From positions 57,299 to 121,298 of the IMG/VR virus record IMGVR_UViG_2930578203_000001: a DNA stretch of 64,000 nucleotides. The stretch is one strand, 5' to 3'. The translations under genes were made by a program, and so were the position numbers. Shown piece by piece: positions 28,758 to 38,652 of this stretch (the first letter of the stretch is position 1; every line of letters begins with the position of its first letter). The notes beneath the pieces were generated by a model. The model was not told where the DNA came from and searched no databases. It saw nothing but the letters and a program-made list of their open reading frames with translations. The stretch is from a virus. Its lineage: Duplodnaviria > Caudoviricetes.

Positions 28758-28900
28758 GCATCACGCCCCCCTTCCTGAGAAGTACCTCGAGTTCTCGAGG
28801 CCTTTTGGCCCCTATCCACAAAGGTCTTCGTCCAGGAGAGCGAGCTGATCGTATCGCCGATCCCCCGTCATCTGACCCGCACTGCAGGGACCGGGCAGGA

Positions 28901-28935
28901 CGCGACACAAGCCGCGTCCGGTGTGCAGGGTGCGC
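28901..28935 (+). promoter_or_regulatory. Late-promoter-like motif (copy 6)
   Basis: CGCGACACAAGC...CAGGGTGCGC. Confidence 0.6.
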
Positions 28936-28969
28936 GTCGACCGGACTACCACCCGAGAGGGAGCCACCC

Positions 28970-29503
28970 ATGGCAGGCACCACCCGTACCCGTAAAACCG
29001 CCGCGGCGCAGCCCGCGGACGCCGGCGACACCCCCGTCGCCGAGGCCGAGAAGACCACCGCGGAGCCCACGGGTGATCCCGCCACCGAGGAGGCCACCAC
29101 CGCGGCGACAGCCGGGGAGTCCCCCACAGTCGAGACCAGCCCGAAGGCGCCCGACGTGGCCCCGCTGGAGCCTTCGGCCGTCCACGAGGCGCCCGAGCCC
29201 CCGGCGGAACCCGGCTACGTCTCCCCGACCGAGGTCATCCCCGACGACATCGCCGAGGTCATCCTCGACGACGCCACCAAGCATCCCCCGGCCGACATCG
29301 ACGCCGTGTTCCAGCCCGTCACCCCGCACGGCTCCGCCTTCAGGTGCACCGTCCGCCTGGTCGAGCGGACCTACGTGGGCCCGCACAGCAACCCGATCGA
29401 GCGGCTGCTGCAGCCCAAGGGCGCCCACGTCTCCGAGAGCATCGCCGCCCGCATCCGTGAGCGCCTGGTCGCGCAGGCCGACGCCACTAGCACCGAGAAG
29501 TAA
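28970..29503 (+). CDS. Hypothetical virion-module protein
   Basis: GAGGGAG RBS, ATG, phage-like codon bias. Confidence 0.75.
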   Translation: MAGTTRTRKTAAAQPADAGDTPVAEAEKTTAEPTGDPATEEATTAATAGESPTVETSPKAPDVAPLEPSAVHEAPEPPAEPGYVSPTEVIPDDIAEVILDDATKHPPADIDAVFQPVTPHGSAFRCTVRLVERTYVGPHSNPIERLLQPKGAHVSESIAARIRERLVAQADATSTEK

Positions 29504-29514
29504 GGGGGCCCGGG

Positions 29515-30381
29515 GTGTCGGTCGTCGACCACGAACCCATGTACGGCGGGGCGCACTACGACCCCGAACCGGCCGGCGGACAGGTCACCAGCCTCGTCCT
29601 CTACAACGGCCCGGAACGCACCACCAAAGTTGCCGCGTCAGGGCCGGGCACTCGACTGCGGCCCGGGACGTACCGGTTCGCGTTGCCTGACGTGCCGCCC
29701 GGCCGGTACTGGGCCACCGTCACCTTCACCCCCAGCAGCGGCGCCCAGCCCGTCAAGGACCAGTCCCTACGGCTGGACCTTCCCCTCGGGCTGGGCCTCG
29801 CCACCTCCCCGGAAGCCGTCGCCGACGACCTCGGCGTGCCGCTCCCACTCACCCCCGCTCAGCGCGACTCCCTGACGACCGCGATCCGCCGGGCTCAAGC
29901 CGACGTCGAGGCGTACCTGGGCAGGCCCCTTGTTCCGCGCGTCGTCACCCGCACCGCGGTCACGCCCTACTGGCGTCCCAACGAGGATCTGGCCGACCCC
30001 GAGGCATGGCCGTTCGACATCGACGACGACTGGCAGGTGTCCGCCTACCGTGACCGCGGGGACGGCACGTATGACGTCGACCTCCTCGTCGGCCTGGACG
30101 GTGCCGCTGAAGACCCGATCGTCCGCTACGTCACCGCCCACGCCGCGGAGTCCGAACGCAACCGGCCCGGCGGCGTCGGCGCCCAGGGCCGCCGTGTCTC
30201 CTCCGTGAGCGCCGAAGGACAGTCGATCTCGTACGACTCTGCGCCCACGACCGGTCAGGCCGGCGCCCTGCCGACCATCGACACCCTGTCCCGGTTGAAG
30301 CGCCGCCTGTGGCAGCCGCTCAACATCCCACCGCGCCCTCCGTGGCCGTACTCCTCGACCCGCTACCGCAGCGGCCGCTGA
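29515..30381 (+). CDS. Putative head-tail adaptor
   Basis: Synteny; AQADVEAYLGRPL and VSSVSAEGQSISY are typical of adaptors. Confidence 0.65.
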   Translation: MSVVDHEPMYGGAHYDPEPAGGQVTSLVLYNGPERTTKVAASGPGTRLRPGTYRFALPDVPPGRYWATVTFTPSSGAQPVKDQSLRLDLPLGLGLATSPEAVADDLGVPLPLTPAQRDSLTTAIRRAQADVEAYLGRPLVPRVVTRTAVTPYWRPNEDLADPEAWPFDIDDDWQVSAYRDRGDGTYDVDLLVGLDGAAEDPIVRYVTAHAAESERNRPGGVGAQGRRVSSVSAEGQSISYDSAPTTGQAGALPTIDTLSRLKRRLWQPLNIPPRPPWPYSSTRYRSGR

Positions 30382-30400
30382 CGAAGGGAGCTGCCCCGCC

Positions 30401-30733
30401 ATGGCCGTCGTGCTGCCGAACGCCAGGCTGACGGTGTACGTGCTCGCACACCCCTGGGAGCGCGACGCCAACGGCGTGCCGGTACCGCCGAACCCCAACG
30501 AGAAGCCGCCCCCGCGCGGCACCTGGCCCGGGTCGGTCCTCGAGCAGAGCGACGGTTCATGGTCGGTGCGCCTCGACCCGCAGGCGTGGCCACTGGAGGC
30601 CGGCGACACCATCACGGACAAGACCGGCCGCTCCTGGACCTTGTCCAGCGCCCGGCTCCACGCCGTTCCCGGCTGCGCGGATGCCGACTACGTCCAGGCC
30701 GCGGCCACGCTTAACCCTCCAGAAGTCCCCTGA
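30401..30733 (+). CDS. Putative head closure/stopper protein
   Basis: Synteny, 110 aa beta-rich, 'RDANGVP' N-terminus. Confidence 0.55.
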   Translation: MAVVLPNARLTVYVLAHPWERDANGVPVPPNPNEKPPPRGTWPGSVLEQSDGSWSVRLDPQAWPLEAGDTITDKTGRSWTLSSARLHAVPGCADADYVQAAATLNPPEVP

Positions 30734-31263
30734 TGGCGAAGTTCACGCCCGCGCCGGGCCTCGAAGAGGCGCTCGCCAGGATGGTGGCGCCCTCCGTCCA
30801 CCGCATCGCTCAGCAGGTAGAGATCGAGGCGAAGCGACTCGCCCCGCCCGTCAAACGGTGGGTCACCGTAGCCGACGACAAGGTGCGCCCGACCCACGTT
30901 GCTGCCCAGGGCCAAGAGGTCCCGGGCAATCTGCGGTTCGCCATCAACTCGATGGACTGGGACCGCCGTCACCGCGGCGTCGGAGCGAAGACGTACATGC
31001 GGGAGCCCAGGGACCAGTCGTCCCGCGCCGTCGCCAATATCAAGAACTGCCGGTGCACGACCCACAGCGACCCGGACGGCATCGCGAAGAACATCAACAC
31101 GGGCCAGCCCGTCGTCGCCGGGAAGAAGGTCACCGTGACCGTCACCGCTCGCGGCAGCCTGGTCGTCGAGGCCGAAGTGGGCACTGTCTACCCCGGCAAC
31201 CTCGTCGCCGACGGCGCGCACTTCATGTCCCGCGGCGCCGCCATCGTCGCCGCCCGACGCTGA
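30733..31263 (+). CDS. Putative neck (HK97 gp10-like) protein containing a MuF-like motif
   Basis: EAKRLAP...EVGT...HFM; internal RWVTVADDKVRPTH...NCRC. Confidence 0.6.
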   Translation: MAKFTPAPGLEEALARMVAPSVHRIAQQVEIEAKRLAPPVKRWVTVADDKVRPTHVAAQGQEVPGNLRFAINSMDWDRRHRGVGAKTYMREPRDQSSRAVANIKNCRCTTHSDPDGIAKNINTGQPVVAGKKVTVTVTARGSLVVEAEVGTVYPGNLVADGAHFMSRGAAIVAARR

Positions 31264-31266
31264 GCA

Positions 31267-31300
31267 CGCGACACAAGCGGCCCCCGCCCGCACAGTGCGC
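31267..31300 (+). promoter_or_regulatory. Late-promoter-like motif (copy 7), leaderless
   Basis: CGCGACACAAGC...CACAGTGCGC, ATG at 31304. Confidence 0.6.
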
Positions 31301-31303
31301 ACC

Positions 31304-31570
31304 ATGGCTACGAACACCACTCCCAGGAAGCCGGCGGAGGAGTCCGCCGAGACCGTTACCGACACCGCCGCGGCCCGCCCCGAGCGCGCCACCCGCCGGG
31401 CCCCGGCCCTCGTCGGCCCGCCCCTCGGCGAGGGCCAGGAGCCGGTCACCGTCACCATGTCGCATCACCTGCGCATCGACGGCACCGACTTCACACCCGG
31501 CGCCGAGATCACCGTGTCCCCCGACTACGCCCGCCGCCTCCGCGGACAGGGCTTCACCGCCCGCACCTGA
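31304..31570 (+). CDS. Hypothetical protein
   Basis: Translationally coupled (TGATG) to the next gene. Confidence 0.7.
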   Translation: MATNTTPRKPAEESAETVTDTAAARPERATRRAPALVGPPLGEGQEPVTVTMSHHLRIDGTDFTPGAEITVSPDYARRLRGQGFTART

Positions 31571-31995
31571 TGGCCGAACTGACCCTCGCGGACGCCGACC
31601 CAGTCTCCGTACTCCTCGCCTGGCTCCAACAGAGCGCCGCGGCCGCCGACGCACTCGGCGGCCCCGGCCGCGTGTCCGGGATGGCCGAGGCCCCATGGCC
31701 GCACCTCGCCATCGGGCACGGCCCCGGCGGAAATCTCCGTGACCTCCGTTGGGCCACAGCACCGGAGGTGACGCTCGAGGCGTACGGAGATCCCGGCGGC
31801 TGGCCGGGCAAGGCGGAGCTGCGGCGCATCCTCATCCGCTGCGCGAATGCCGCTCAGGACATCGTCGAGGCGCCCCACACGCCCGACCGGCCGGTCATCA
31901 ACGGTGTGAAGCCCTCCGGCCTCCTCGTCTGGTCGCCGCTCGTCGACGGCCAACCCCGGTGGTTGATGAACCTCTCCGTGACCCTCCACCCGTGA
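31570..31995 (+). CDS. Putative tail terminator/completion protein
   Basis: Position before the major tail gene; 141 aa; C-terminal PRWLMNLSVTLHP. Confidence 0.65.
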   Translation: MAELTLADADPVSVLLAWLQQSAAAADALGGPGRVSGMAEAPWPHLAIGHGPGGNLRDLRWATAPEVTLEAYGDPGGWPGKAELRRILIRCANAAQDIVEAPHTPDRPVINGVKPSGLLVWSPLVDGQPRWLMNLSVTLHP

Positions 31996-31998
31996 CCA

Positions 31999-32033
31999 CG
32001 CGACGTTAACCACCCCGGCTCTCCAAGGTGTCC
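31999..32033 (+). promoter_or_regulatory. Late-promoter-like motif (copy 8)
   Basis: CGCGACGTTAAC...CAAGGTGTCC. Confidence 0.62.
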
Positions 32034-32067
32034 GCGCCCTAGCACCGGACACCTTGGAGAGCACGTC

Positions 32068-32664
32068 ATGGCAGGCGAGAGCGCCAACAACAACGAGATC
32101 GTCATCCCGGCGATCACCCGGATCTACCTGGCCCCCGTCGGGTCGCAGGCCCCGGCCGACGCTACGTCGCCGATGCCCGAAGCCCTGCGGAACGTGGGCC
32201 TCACCACTGAGGACAGCCTCAAGTTCAACAGCGAGCCGAACTTCGAGCAGGTGCGGAGCGCACAGTCCTCCTACCCGACCCGGACGTTCCAGACGACTGA
32301 CGCGGCGACGATCGAAGTCGACCTGCAGCAGTGGTCCGGCGCAAACTTCCGGGCCGTGTACGGCGGGGGCGAGATCACCGAGATCACCGTGGCCGGCCAG
32401 ACCGGCGTCAAGCACTACAAGTTCGCCCCGCCGAAGATCGGCGGCCGCACCGAGGTCATGGCCGTCGTCGAGGTCGTCGACGGTGGCAAGCACTACCGGT
32501 ACGTCTTCCCGCGCGCGATGCAGATGGAAGGCGTCTCCAAGGACCTCGCCAAGACGAAGGAGGCCGTGCTGCCCCTGCGTCTCGCGGTCCAGGGCGGCGA
32601 CGAACTCGACGCCTGGTACCTCATCACCGACGACCCGGCCTTCGCGCTGCCGACCACTCCGTGA
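32068..32664 (+). CDS. Major tail tube protein
   Basis: IYLAPVGS.AP, VGLTTEDS, RYVFPR; synteny. Confidence 0.85.
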   Translation: MAGESANNNEIVIPAITRIYLAPVGSQAPADATSPMPEALRNVGLTTEDSLKFNSEPNFEQVRSAQSSYPTRTFQTTDAATIEVDLQQWSGANFRAVYGGGEITEITVAGQTGVKHYKFAPPKIGGRTEVMAVVEVVDGGKHYRYVFPRAMQMEGVSKDLAKTKEAVLPLRLAVQGGDELDAWYLITDDPAFALPTTP

Positions 32665-32679
32665 CCCCTCGCGGCAGCG

Positions 32680-32714
32680 CGCGACGCAAGCCCTCACGGC
32701 TTGTCACTGTCCGC
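32680..32714 (+). promoter_or_regulatory. Late-promoter-like motif (copy 9)
   Basis: CGCGACGCAAGC...CACTGTCCGC. Confidence 0.6.
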
Positions 32715-32765
32715 GCGCTGCCGCACCACCGCGACTCAGCTACGCAGACACGAGAGGTCACGCAC

Positions 32766-33290
32766 ATGTCGTTCGTCATCGACCTGGACGCCGAACGCCG
32801 CGAGGTTCAGTACCCCGACGGTATCCCGGTCAAGTTCGGCGGAGAGCAGTTCATCTTCCCCGCGGAGTTGCCGGCCGAAGCCCTCGATCCGATCCTGTCG
32901 GACGAGTTGGACCTGGTCGGCCTCCTCGGTGACGTCATCGACTCCGCCGACGGCGACGCCGGTATCTCCGAAGTCGTCACCGCCCTGTTCCGGCGCCCGT
33001 CCCTGCCGCGGAAGTTCCTCGCCGCGATCCGGGAGACGTACGCGATCCTCCTCCGTGACCAGCACGAGGACTTCCTCAAGCAGCGCCCGTACATCGGCGA
33101 CTACGTCCGCCTGACGACCGCCCTGACTCGCGTCTACGGGGTTGAGCTGGGGAAACTCTTTCGGTCGGTCGGCTCCTCCGCGAACGATTCGCAGACGTCG
33201 AATCCGACCTCTCCCGCTACCACGGCATCGACGCCCGACGCGTCTGGCTCCGACCAGGACAGCGCGGATTCCTCGGAGTCCGACGGCTGA
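32766..33290 (+). CDS. Tail assembly chaperone (G)
   Basis: GAGAGG RBS; between major tail and tape measure; slippery G GGG AAA at 33149-33155. Confidence 0.85.
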   Translation: MSFVIDLDAERREVQYPDGIPVKFGGEQFIFPAELPAEALDPILSDELDLVGLLGDVIDSADGDAGISEVVTALFRRPSLPRKFLAAIRETYAILLRDQHEDFLKQRPYIGDYVRLTTALTRVYGVELGKLFRSVGSSANDSQTSNPTSPATTASTPDASGSDQDSADSSESDG

Positions 33291-33598
33291 TCTCCCTCGT
33301 CGACGGACTGCCAGACGGCTCCCGGGTCCGCTCCGCCCCCGTCGGGGGCTGGACCAAGGTCCTGGAACTTCTGGCGCTGATCGTCGACGAGGTCGGGCTC
33401 CTGGCCGCAGACAAGCGGCGTGAGGAGCCGACCCACGTCATCCGCCCGCCTCGCTCCAGCGAGGGCGCCGCACGCCAGCGCAGCGGTTCCGCACCGCAGG
33501 CAGCGCAGCCCGCCCCGGAGCAGCAGGCGCCCCGCATGACCGGCCACCGGCAAATGCTCGCGGCCGCCATGCAGAGAGGAATGGTCCGAAGTGGCTGA
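33149..33598 (+). CDS. Tail assembly chaperone GT extension via programmed -1 frameshift
   Basis: -1 frame reads GETLSVGRLLRERFADVESDLSRYHGID...RRLISLVDGLPDGS...MVRSG*, ending over the tape measure start. Confidence 0.8.
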   Translation, partial: GETLSVGRLLRERFADVESDLSRYHGIDARRVWLRPGQRGFLGVRRLISLVDGLPDGSRVRSAPVGGWTKVLELLALIVDEVGLLAADKRREEPTHVIRPPRSSEGAARQRSGSAPQAAQPAPEQQAPRMTGHRQMLAAAMQRGMVRSG

Positions 33599-36500
33599 GG
33601 GCCTGCAGGCCGGTCGCCTCGACGTGCCGGTCGTTGCTGACCTTGCAGGCTTCGCCGCGAAGCTCCGCACCGAGGTTGAGTCGGCCGCCGAGGGACTGGC
33701 CGCCAAGATCAAGGTTGAGATCGACTCCAAGGGCCTCAAGCGCCGCTTGAAGGAGGTCGTCAAGGAGGCGTCCAAGGGCGTCTCCGCCACCGTCCGCGTC
33801 AAGGTCGACGAGGAGCGGTTCCGCGCCGATCTAGACGGCATCCGTCGCCGTCTCGATGACGCAAACCTCAACCTCCCTGTGCGCCCCAGTGTTGACGGGG
33901 ATGGAGAGCGAAGCGGCGGACTGCTCAGCGGACTGCGAAACCTGGTCACCGGCGCCCAGGGCGAGGCCGACCGGAACCCGGTCAACGTGCCGGTCCAGAT
34001 ACGCCTGCCCGGCCGCGGCCGGGGCCTGCGCATGCTCGGCGTCGGCGCAATCGTCTCCCTCCTACAGCCCGCGGTCGCCCTCATCGGCCAGTACGGCGCC
34101 GGCCTGACCGCGCTCGTATCGGCGGCCGCGCCCGCGGTCGGTGTCCTTGGTGCGATACCCGGGCTGATCACCGCGGCGGGCACCGCAGCGATCGGCACGA
34201 AGATCGCGTTCAAAGGCTTCGGTGAAGCGCTCAAGCAGTCGAACGCGGCGCAGCAGATGCTCGCCACGGACGGCAAGGTCACCGAGGCCCAGCAGAAGAA
34301 GCTCAAGGAGGCACTGGACAAGCTCTCCCCTTCAGCCCGCGACGCGGTCAAGGCCGTTTCGTCGCTGCAAGGAGCGTGGAGCAAGGTCCGCATGTCCGTC
34401 AGCGACCGTTTCTTCTCCAAGGTCGCCGACGACATCAAGCCCCTGGCGAAGACCGTCTTCCCGCTCCTCGAAGACGCCCTCGGCGACTCCGCGTCGCAGA
34501 TGGGCTCCTTGGGGGAGCGCGCCGCGAAGGCGATGCAAAGCGGCCCGTTCCGCAAGGACTTCAAGACCGTCGCGTCCTCGAACTCGCGGGTCATCGGCCA
34601 CCTGACAGATGGCATCGCCAACATGGCCGGCGCCACCGGGGACTTCCTCGTGGCCAGCGGCCCGTTCGTCGAGCGGGTCGCGCGTGGCGGTGAACGGCTG
34701 ACGCAGTGGGTCAGGGCCTCCGTGAAGGCCGGCCGGGAAACCGGCAGCCTCGCGAAGTTCCTGGACCACGCCGGAGACAAGGCCGCGCAGCTCGGACGGA
34801 CCACCGGCAGCCTCATCCGAGGACTTGGCGGTGTCGGCCGCGCGGCCATGGACACCGGCAACGCGCTGCTCAACGGTCTCGAAGGGAGCATGCTCCGGTT
34901 CGAGCGCTGGGCCAACTCGGGCGTCGGCCAGCGCGCCATGCAGCAGTTCTTTTCGGATGCTGCGCCCGTGTTCCACGAGGTCAACGCCTTGTTCGGCGAC
35001 CTCATGCGCGGGATGGGCCGGTCCATGAAGGACGGCGGCATTCTCGACCTGGTCCGCCAGATCCGAACCGAACTGATGCCGGCCTTGGGCACCTTCTTCA
35101 ACGCCCTCGGTCAGACCGTCGGTCCGGCGATCATCTCAGTCATCTCGAACATCGCTACGGCGATCGGGAACCTCTCCGCGGCCGGGTCCGGGCTCGGCGT
35201 ACTGCTCGTGGCGTTCAGCGGCCTGCTCGAGGTCTTCAACACGCTCATGAGCATCATCCCCGGTGCGAACACCGTACTGGCTACCTTCCTCGGCACGATG
35301 CTCGCCCTCAAGGTGATCAGTGGCGTCGTCGGCATGCTGGGCCGCTTCGGTACCTCCGTCGCAGCCGCGGGAACGTCCGCACGCACGCTCGGCACCACCA
35401 TGCGCGGAAGCCTGGGCCCCGGTGTCATGGGCCCTCAGATCACCACATGGCAGCGCATGGGCCTCGCCTACCAGGGCGCGGCAACACAGGGAAACCGCCT
35501 GTCCGGCGCCATGCGCGGAATCGGCGCGGCCAACCGCGTCGCCTCCCGAGCCATCGGCGGCATCACCTCTGCGCTCGGCGGGCCGCTCGGTATCGCGCTC
35601 ATCGGCGTCACTATCGGGCTCGGCCTGCTTGCCTCACGGCAGGAAGAGGCCGCCCGCGCCACCCAGGCGCACCAGGAGCGGGTGAAGTCGCTGACGGACG
35701 CACTGGTCGCGTCCGGCGGGGCGATCGACGCCAACGTGAGGGCCCAGGCCGCCCAGCTACTCCAAGACACGGAGCTCGCCGACGGCAAGGGCAAGCTGGT
35801 CGACAGTGTCCGCGAGGCAGGCGTCAGCCTCGGCGATCTGACGAACGCGTACCTCGGGCAGGGCACGTCCCTCGGTGATCTGCAGAAGAAGCTCCAGGAG
35901 ACAGCCGACGCGCACAAGGTGTGGGTCCGAACCGCGACCGGCGCCGCACAAGCATGGGACGACGAGGGCCTCGCCGCGATCCGGGCCCGGGACGCCATCG
36001 GCACCGTGAAGGGCGAACTCCAGGACAGCCAGAAGAAGCATAAGGAACTCGCCAACGCCATCAACAACTCCGGCACCACCGGCACCGATGCGTACGGCCG
36101 GCTCCAGTCCGCCGTGACGACATTCAGCGACAAGACAAAGTCCGCGGACGAACGTGTCGATGCCCTCAAACGGGCTCTGGACGCACTGAACGGCAACACC
36201 CAGAGCTTCCATGACGCTGAGGCCCAGCTCAACGCTGTGATGCTGCAGATCGACGACACGATGAAGTCGAACATCGAGAAGGCCGATGGCTGGGGCAAGG
36301 CGTTGGTCGCCAACGACGGTCTGGTCAACACCACGACCAAGAACGGCCAGAACCTGAACGGTCAGCTCACGGAGCTGCGCGACGGCATGCTCGGAGTGGC
36401 GACCCGGGCGCAGGAAGCTGCGGAACAGGGCCTGATGCCCATGTCCACCGCGATGGACAAGAGCCAGGAGGCGATGGAGCGGGCCCGCGCGAAGGCCATC

Positions 36501-37637
36501 CAACTCGCCACGGACATGGGCATCCCGAAGGCTCAAGCCAAGGCACTCGCCGATCAGATGGGGTTCGTCCCGGACACCATCACCACCCTGGTCACCGCAA
36601 CGGGCATCCCGGCGGCGACCGCCGAAATCCTCGCCCTGCGCGGCAAGCTGGAGAGCATTCCGCCGGGCAAGGGCATCCAGATCAAGGCACCCACCATCGA
36701 GGCCCGCACACAGCTCGAGGCCCTCGGCTTCACCGTGCAGCGAATCCCCGGCAGCAAGAACGTCTCAGTCACCGCCCCGACCGGCGGCGCGCGCGTGAAC
36801 ATCTCCGCCCTGGCCCAGGACATCGCCAACGCGCCGGACAAGAAGAAGGTCACCGTCCAGGCGATCATCAAGCAGGCCGCTGGCGACCTGAAGAACGTCC
36901 AGGAGAAGGTGGCGGGCCTACCCAAGGGCAAGAGCATCGACGTCAAGGCGCCCACTAAGACCGCGCAACAGGCGTTGAAGGATCTCGGCTACAAGATCAA
37001 GACGGTCGACGGCTCCAACGGCAAGACGGTCCGGATCACCGCCCCGACGAAGACTCCGCTCGCGAACGTGCAGTCCATCCAGCGGGCGATCAACGGCCTT
37101 ACCGGCAGGACCATCAACGTCACGGTGCAGTACAGCGAGTCGGGCAAGCCGTCTGTTGTCAGGACGCACGCGGACGGCGGGATCGTCCACTACGCCAACG
37201 GTGGCATCCGCGCGGCTACCAACCGAATCAAGGCGTTCGCGGCCGGCGCTGAGCGGCACATCGCACAGATCGGAAGACCGGGCGAAATACGCATATGGAA
37301 TGAACCAGAGACTCATGGGGAGGCTTACCTCCCTTTGGCCCCCAGCAAGCGCAAGCGCAGCAAGGCCATCCTCGAGCGCGTTGCGGAGATGTTCGGCGGC
37401 CAGGTCGTGTACTTCGCGCAGGGCGCCCTTCGCCAGTACGCGAACGGCGCGGTGCGCTCCACCACGGCGAGCGCGCCCCGTTCCCGGGCGACCGCTTCAC
37501 CGGCCGCCGCGGCACTCGTCGGCGGCGACCTCAACCTGACCATGACCGGCGCACCCATGACCCCGGGCGCGGCCCTGAGCGACGCTCTGTTCGAGCTGCG
37601 CCGTATCCGCCGAGGAGGCTCACATGCCACTCCGTGA
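33591..37637 (+). CDS. Tape measure protein
   Basis: 1348 aa Ala/Gly-rich helical protein with hydrophobic stretches; C-terminal ADGGI/ANGG and WNEPETHGEAYLPL. Confidence 0.92.
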   Translation: MAEGLQAGRLDVPVVADLAGFAAKLRTEVESAAEGLAAKIKVEIDSKGLKRRLKEVVKEASKGVSATVRVKVDEERFRADLDGIRRRLDDANLNLPVRPSVDGDGERSGGLLSGLRNLVTGAQGEADRNPVNVPVQIRLPGRGRGLRMLGVGAIVSLLQPAVALIGQYGAGLTALVSAAAPAVGVLGAIPGLITAAGTAAIGTKIAFKGFGEALKQSNAAQQMLATDGKVTEAQQKKLKEALDKLSPSARDAVKAVSSLQGAWSKVRMSVSDRFFSKVADDIKPLAKTVFPLLEDALGDSASQMGSLGERAAKAMQSGPFRKDFKTVASSNSRVIGHLTDGIANMAGATGDFLVASGPFVERVARGGERLTQWVRASVKAGRETGSLAKFLDHAGDKAAQLGRTTGSLIRGLGGVGRAAMDTGNALLNGLEGSMLRFERWANSGVGQRAMQQFFSDAAPVFHEVNALFGDLMRGMGRSMKDGGILDLVRQIRTELMPALGTFFNALGQTVGPAIISVISNIATAIGNLSAAGSGLGVLLVAFSGLLEVFNTLMSIIPGANTVLATFLGTMLALKVISGVVGMLGRFGTSVAAAGTSARTLGTTMRGSLGPGVMGPQITTWQRMGLAYQGAATQGNRLSGAMRGIGAANRVASRAIGGITSALGGPLGIALIGVTIGLGLLASRQEEAARATQAHQERVKSLTDALVASGGAIDANVRAQAAQLLQDTELADGKGKLVDSVREAGVSLGDLTNAYLGQGTSLGDLQKKLQETADAHKVWVRTATGAAQAWDDEGLAAIRARDAIGTVKGELQDSQKKHKELANAINNSGTTGTDAYGRLQSAVTTFSDKTKSADERVDALKRALDALNGNTQSFHDAEAQLNAVMLQIDDTMKSNIEKADGWGKALVANDGLVNTTTKNGQNLNGQLTELRDGMLGVATRAQEAAEQGLMPMSTAMDKSQEAMERARAKAIQLATDMGIPKAQAKALADQMGFVPDTITTLVTATGIPAATAEILALRGKLESIPPGKGIQIKAPTIEARTQLEALGFTVQRIPGSKNVSVTAPTGGARVNISALAQDIANAPDKKKVTVQAIIKQAAGDLKNVQEKVAGLPKGKSIDVKAPTKTAQQALKDLGYKIKTVDGSNGKTVRITAPTKTPLANVQSIQRAINGLTGRTINVTVQYSESGKPSVVRTHADGGIVHYANGGIRAATNRIKAFAAGAERHIAQIGRPGEIRIWNEPETHGEAYLPLAPSKRKRSKAILERVAEMFGGQVVYFAQGALRQYANGAVRSTTASAPRSRATASPAAAALVGGDLNLTMTGAPMTPGAALSDALFELRRIRRGGSHATP

Positions 37638-38568
37638 GGGCGAATGGAACCTCTCCTACAGCGCCAACGGGGTTCACCCGGCGGCCAACTTCACCTTCGG
37701 CACGATCGGGTCCGGCTACTACCTGTTGGAGCCGTACGAGATCACCTACGCCGACGTCGACACCGGGGACACCCCTATGCCGCGCGAGGACGGGGCCCGG
37801 TTCGGCGAGGACTACCGCGGCCAAGCCACCGTCACCTTCGAGGTGGGCGTGGACACCGTCGACGACGCCGCGAACATGCTCGGCCGCCACGCTGCCAACC
37901 TGGACGCGGTCTCGGTTATGGGGCAGGCCTGGGACGGCAAGGCAGTCCGCAAGCGGATGGCAACCCCGGCGGTGCTGCGCACCACCCAGGGCGGCCGGCC
38001 GCGCCGCTTCTACGGCCGCCCCCGCAAGTTCGCTCCCGCCGGGTCCAGGCTCACCCGCCAGGGGTACACGCCGGTCGTGGCCACGTTCGTGTGCGTCGAT
38101 GACACCGCGTACGACGACACCGAGCAGACGCTCCGTGTTGACCTCAATCCGCCGCCGCATCGCGGGCTCGTTGGGCCGCTTGCGGAGCCGCTGTCGATGA
38201 CAGGGCAGGGAGCGACCAAGGTGCCGGGCGAGGCAGTCATCGGGGGGAAGAGTCCCACCTGGCCCGTCATCAGGTTCTACGGGCCGATCAGCAATCCGAC
38301 GTGCGAGGTTGTCGGCGGCTGGAAGCTTACGTTCAGTGGCCTGACGCTGGGCGCCGGACAGTACGTCACCGTCGACCCGCGGCCATGGGCTCGGACCGTC
38401 CTGCGGAACAGCGGGGCGTCCGTCGCGGGCGACATCACCCGCGGCTCTCCTCGACTGCAGGACCTGCTCCTGCCCGTGGGACGGCACGACTTCGTCCTCC
38501 GCGGGACCGACCCCACCGGCACGGCGTACATGACGATCGCCTGGCGCGACGCCTACCCCTACCTGTGA
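37624..38568 (+). CDS. Distal tail protein (Dit-like)
   Basis: Immediately after the tape measure; WPVIRFYGPISNP, C-terminal WRDAY. Confidence 0.75.
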   Translation: MPLREGEWNLSYSANGVHPAANFTFGTIGSGYYLLEPYEITYADVDTGDTPMPREDGARFGEDYRGQATVTFEVGVDTVDDAANMLGRHAANLDAVSVMGQAWDGKAVRKRMATPAVLRTTQGGRPRRFYGRPRKFAPAGSRLTRQGYTPVVATFVCVDDTAYDDTEQTLRVDLNPPPHRGLVGPLAEPLSMTGQGATKVPGEAVIGGKSPTWPVIRFYGPISNPTCEVVGGWKLTFSGLTLGAGQYVTVDPRPWARTVLRNSGASVAGDITRGSPRLQDLLLPVGRHDFVLRGTDPTGTAYMTIAWRDAYPYL

Positions 38569-38587
38569 CCCGGGAGCCCCGGCAGGG

Positions 38588-38622
38588 CGCGACGTTAAGG
38601 CCCGCCGGGGGTGAGCCTCCGC
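38588..38622 (+). promoter_or_regulatory. Late-promoter-like motif (copy 10)
   Basis: CGCGACGTTAAG...GAGCCTCCGC. Confidence 0.55.
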
Positions 38623-38652
38623 TGTCCATCAACAGCAGCGGAGGTAAAACAC

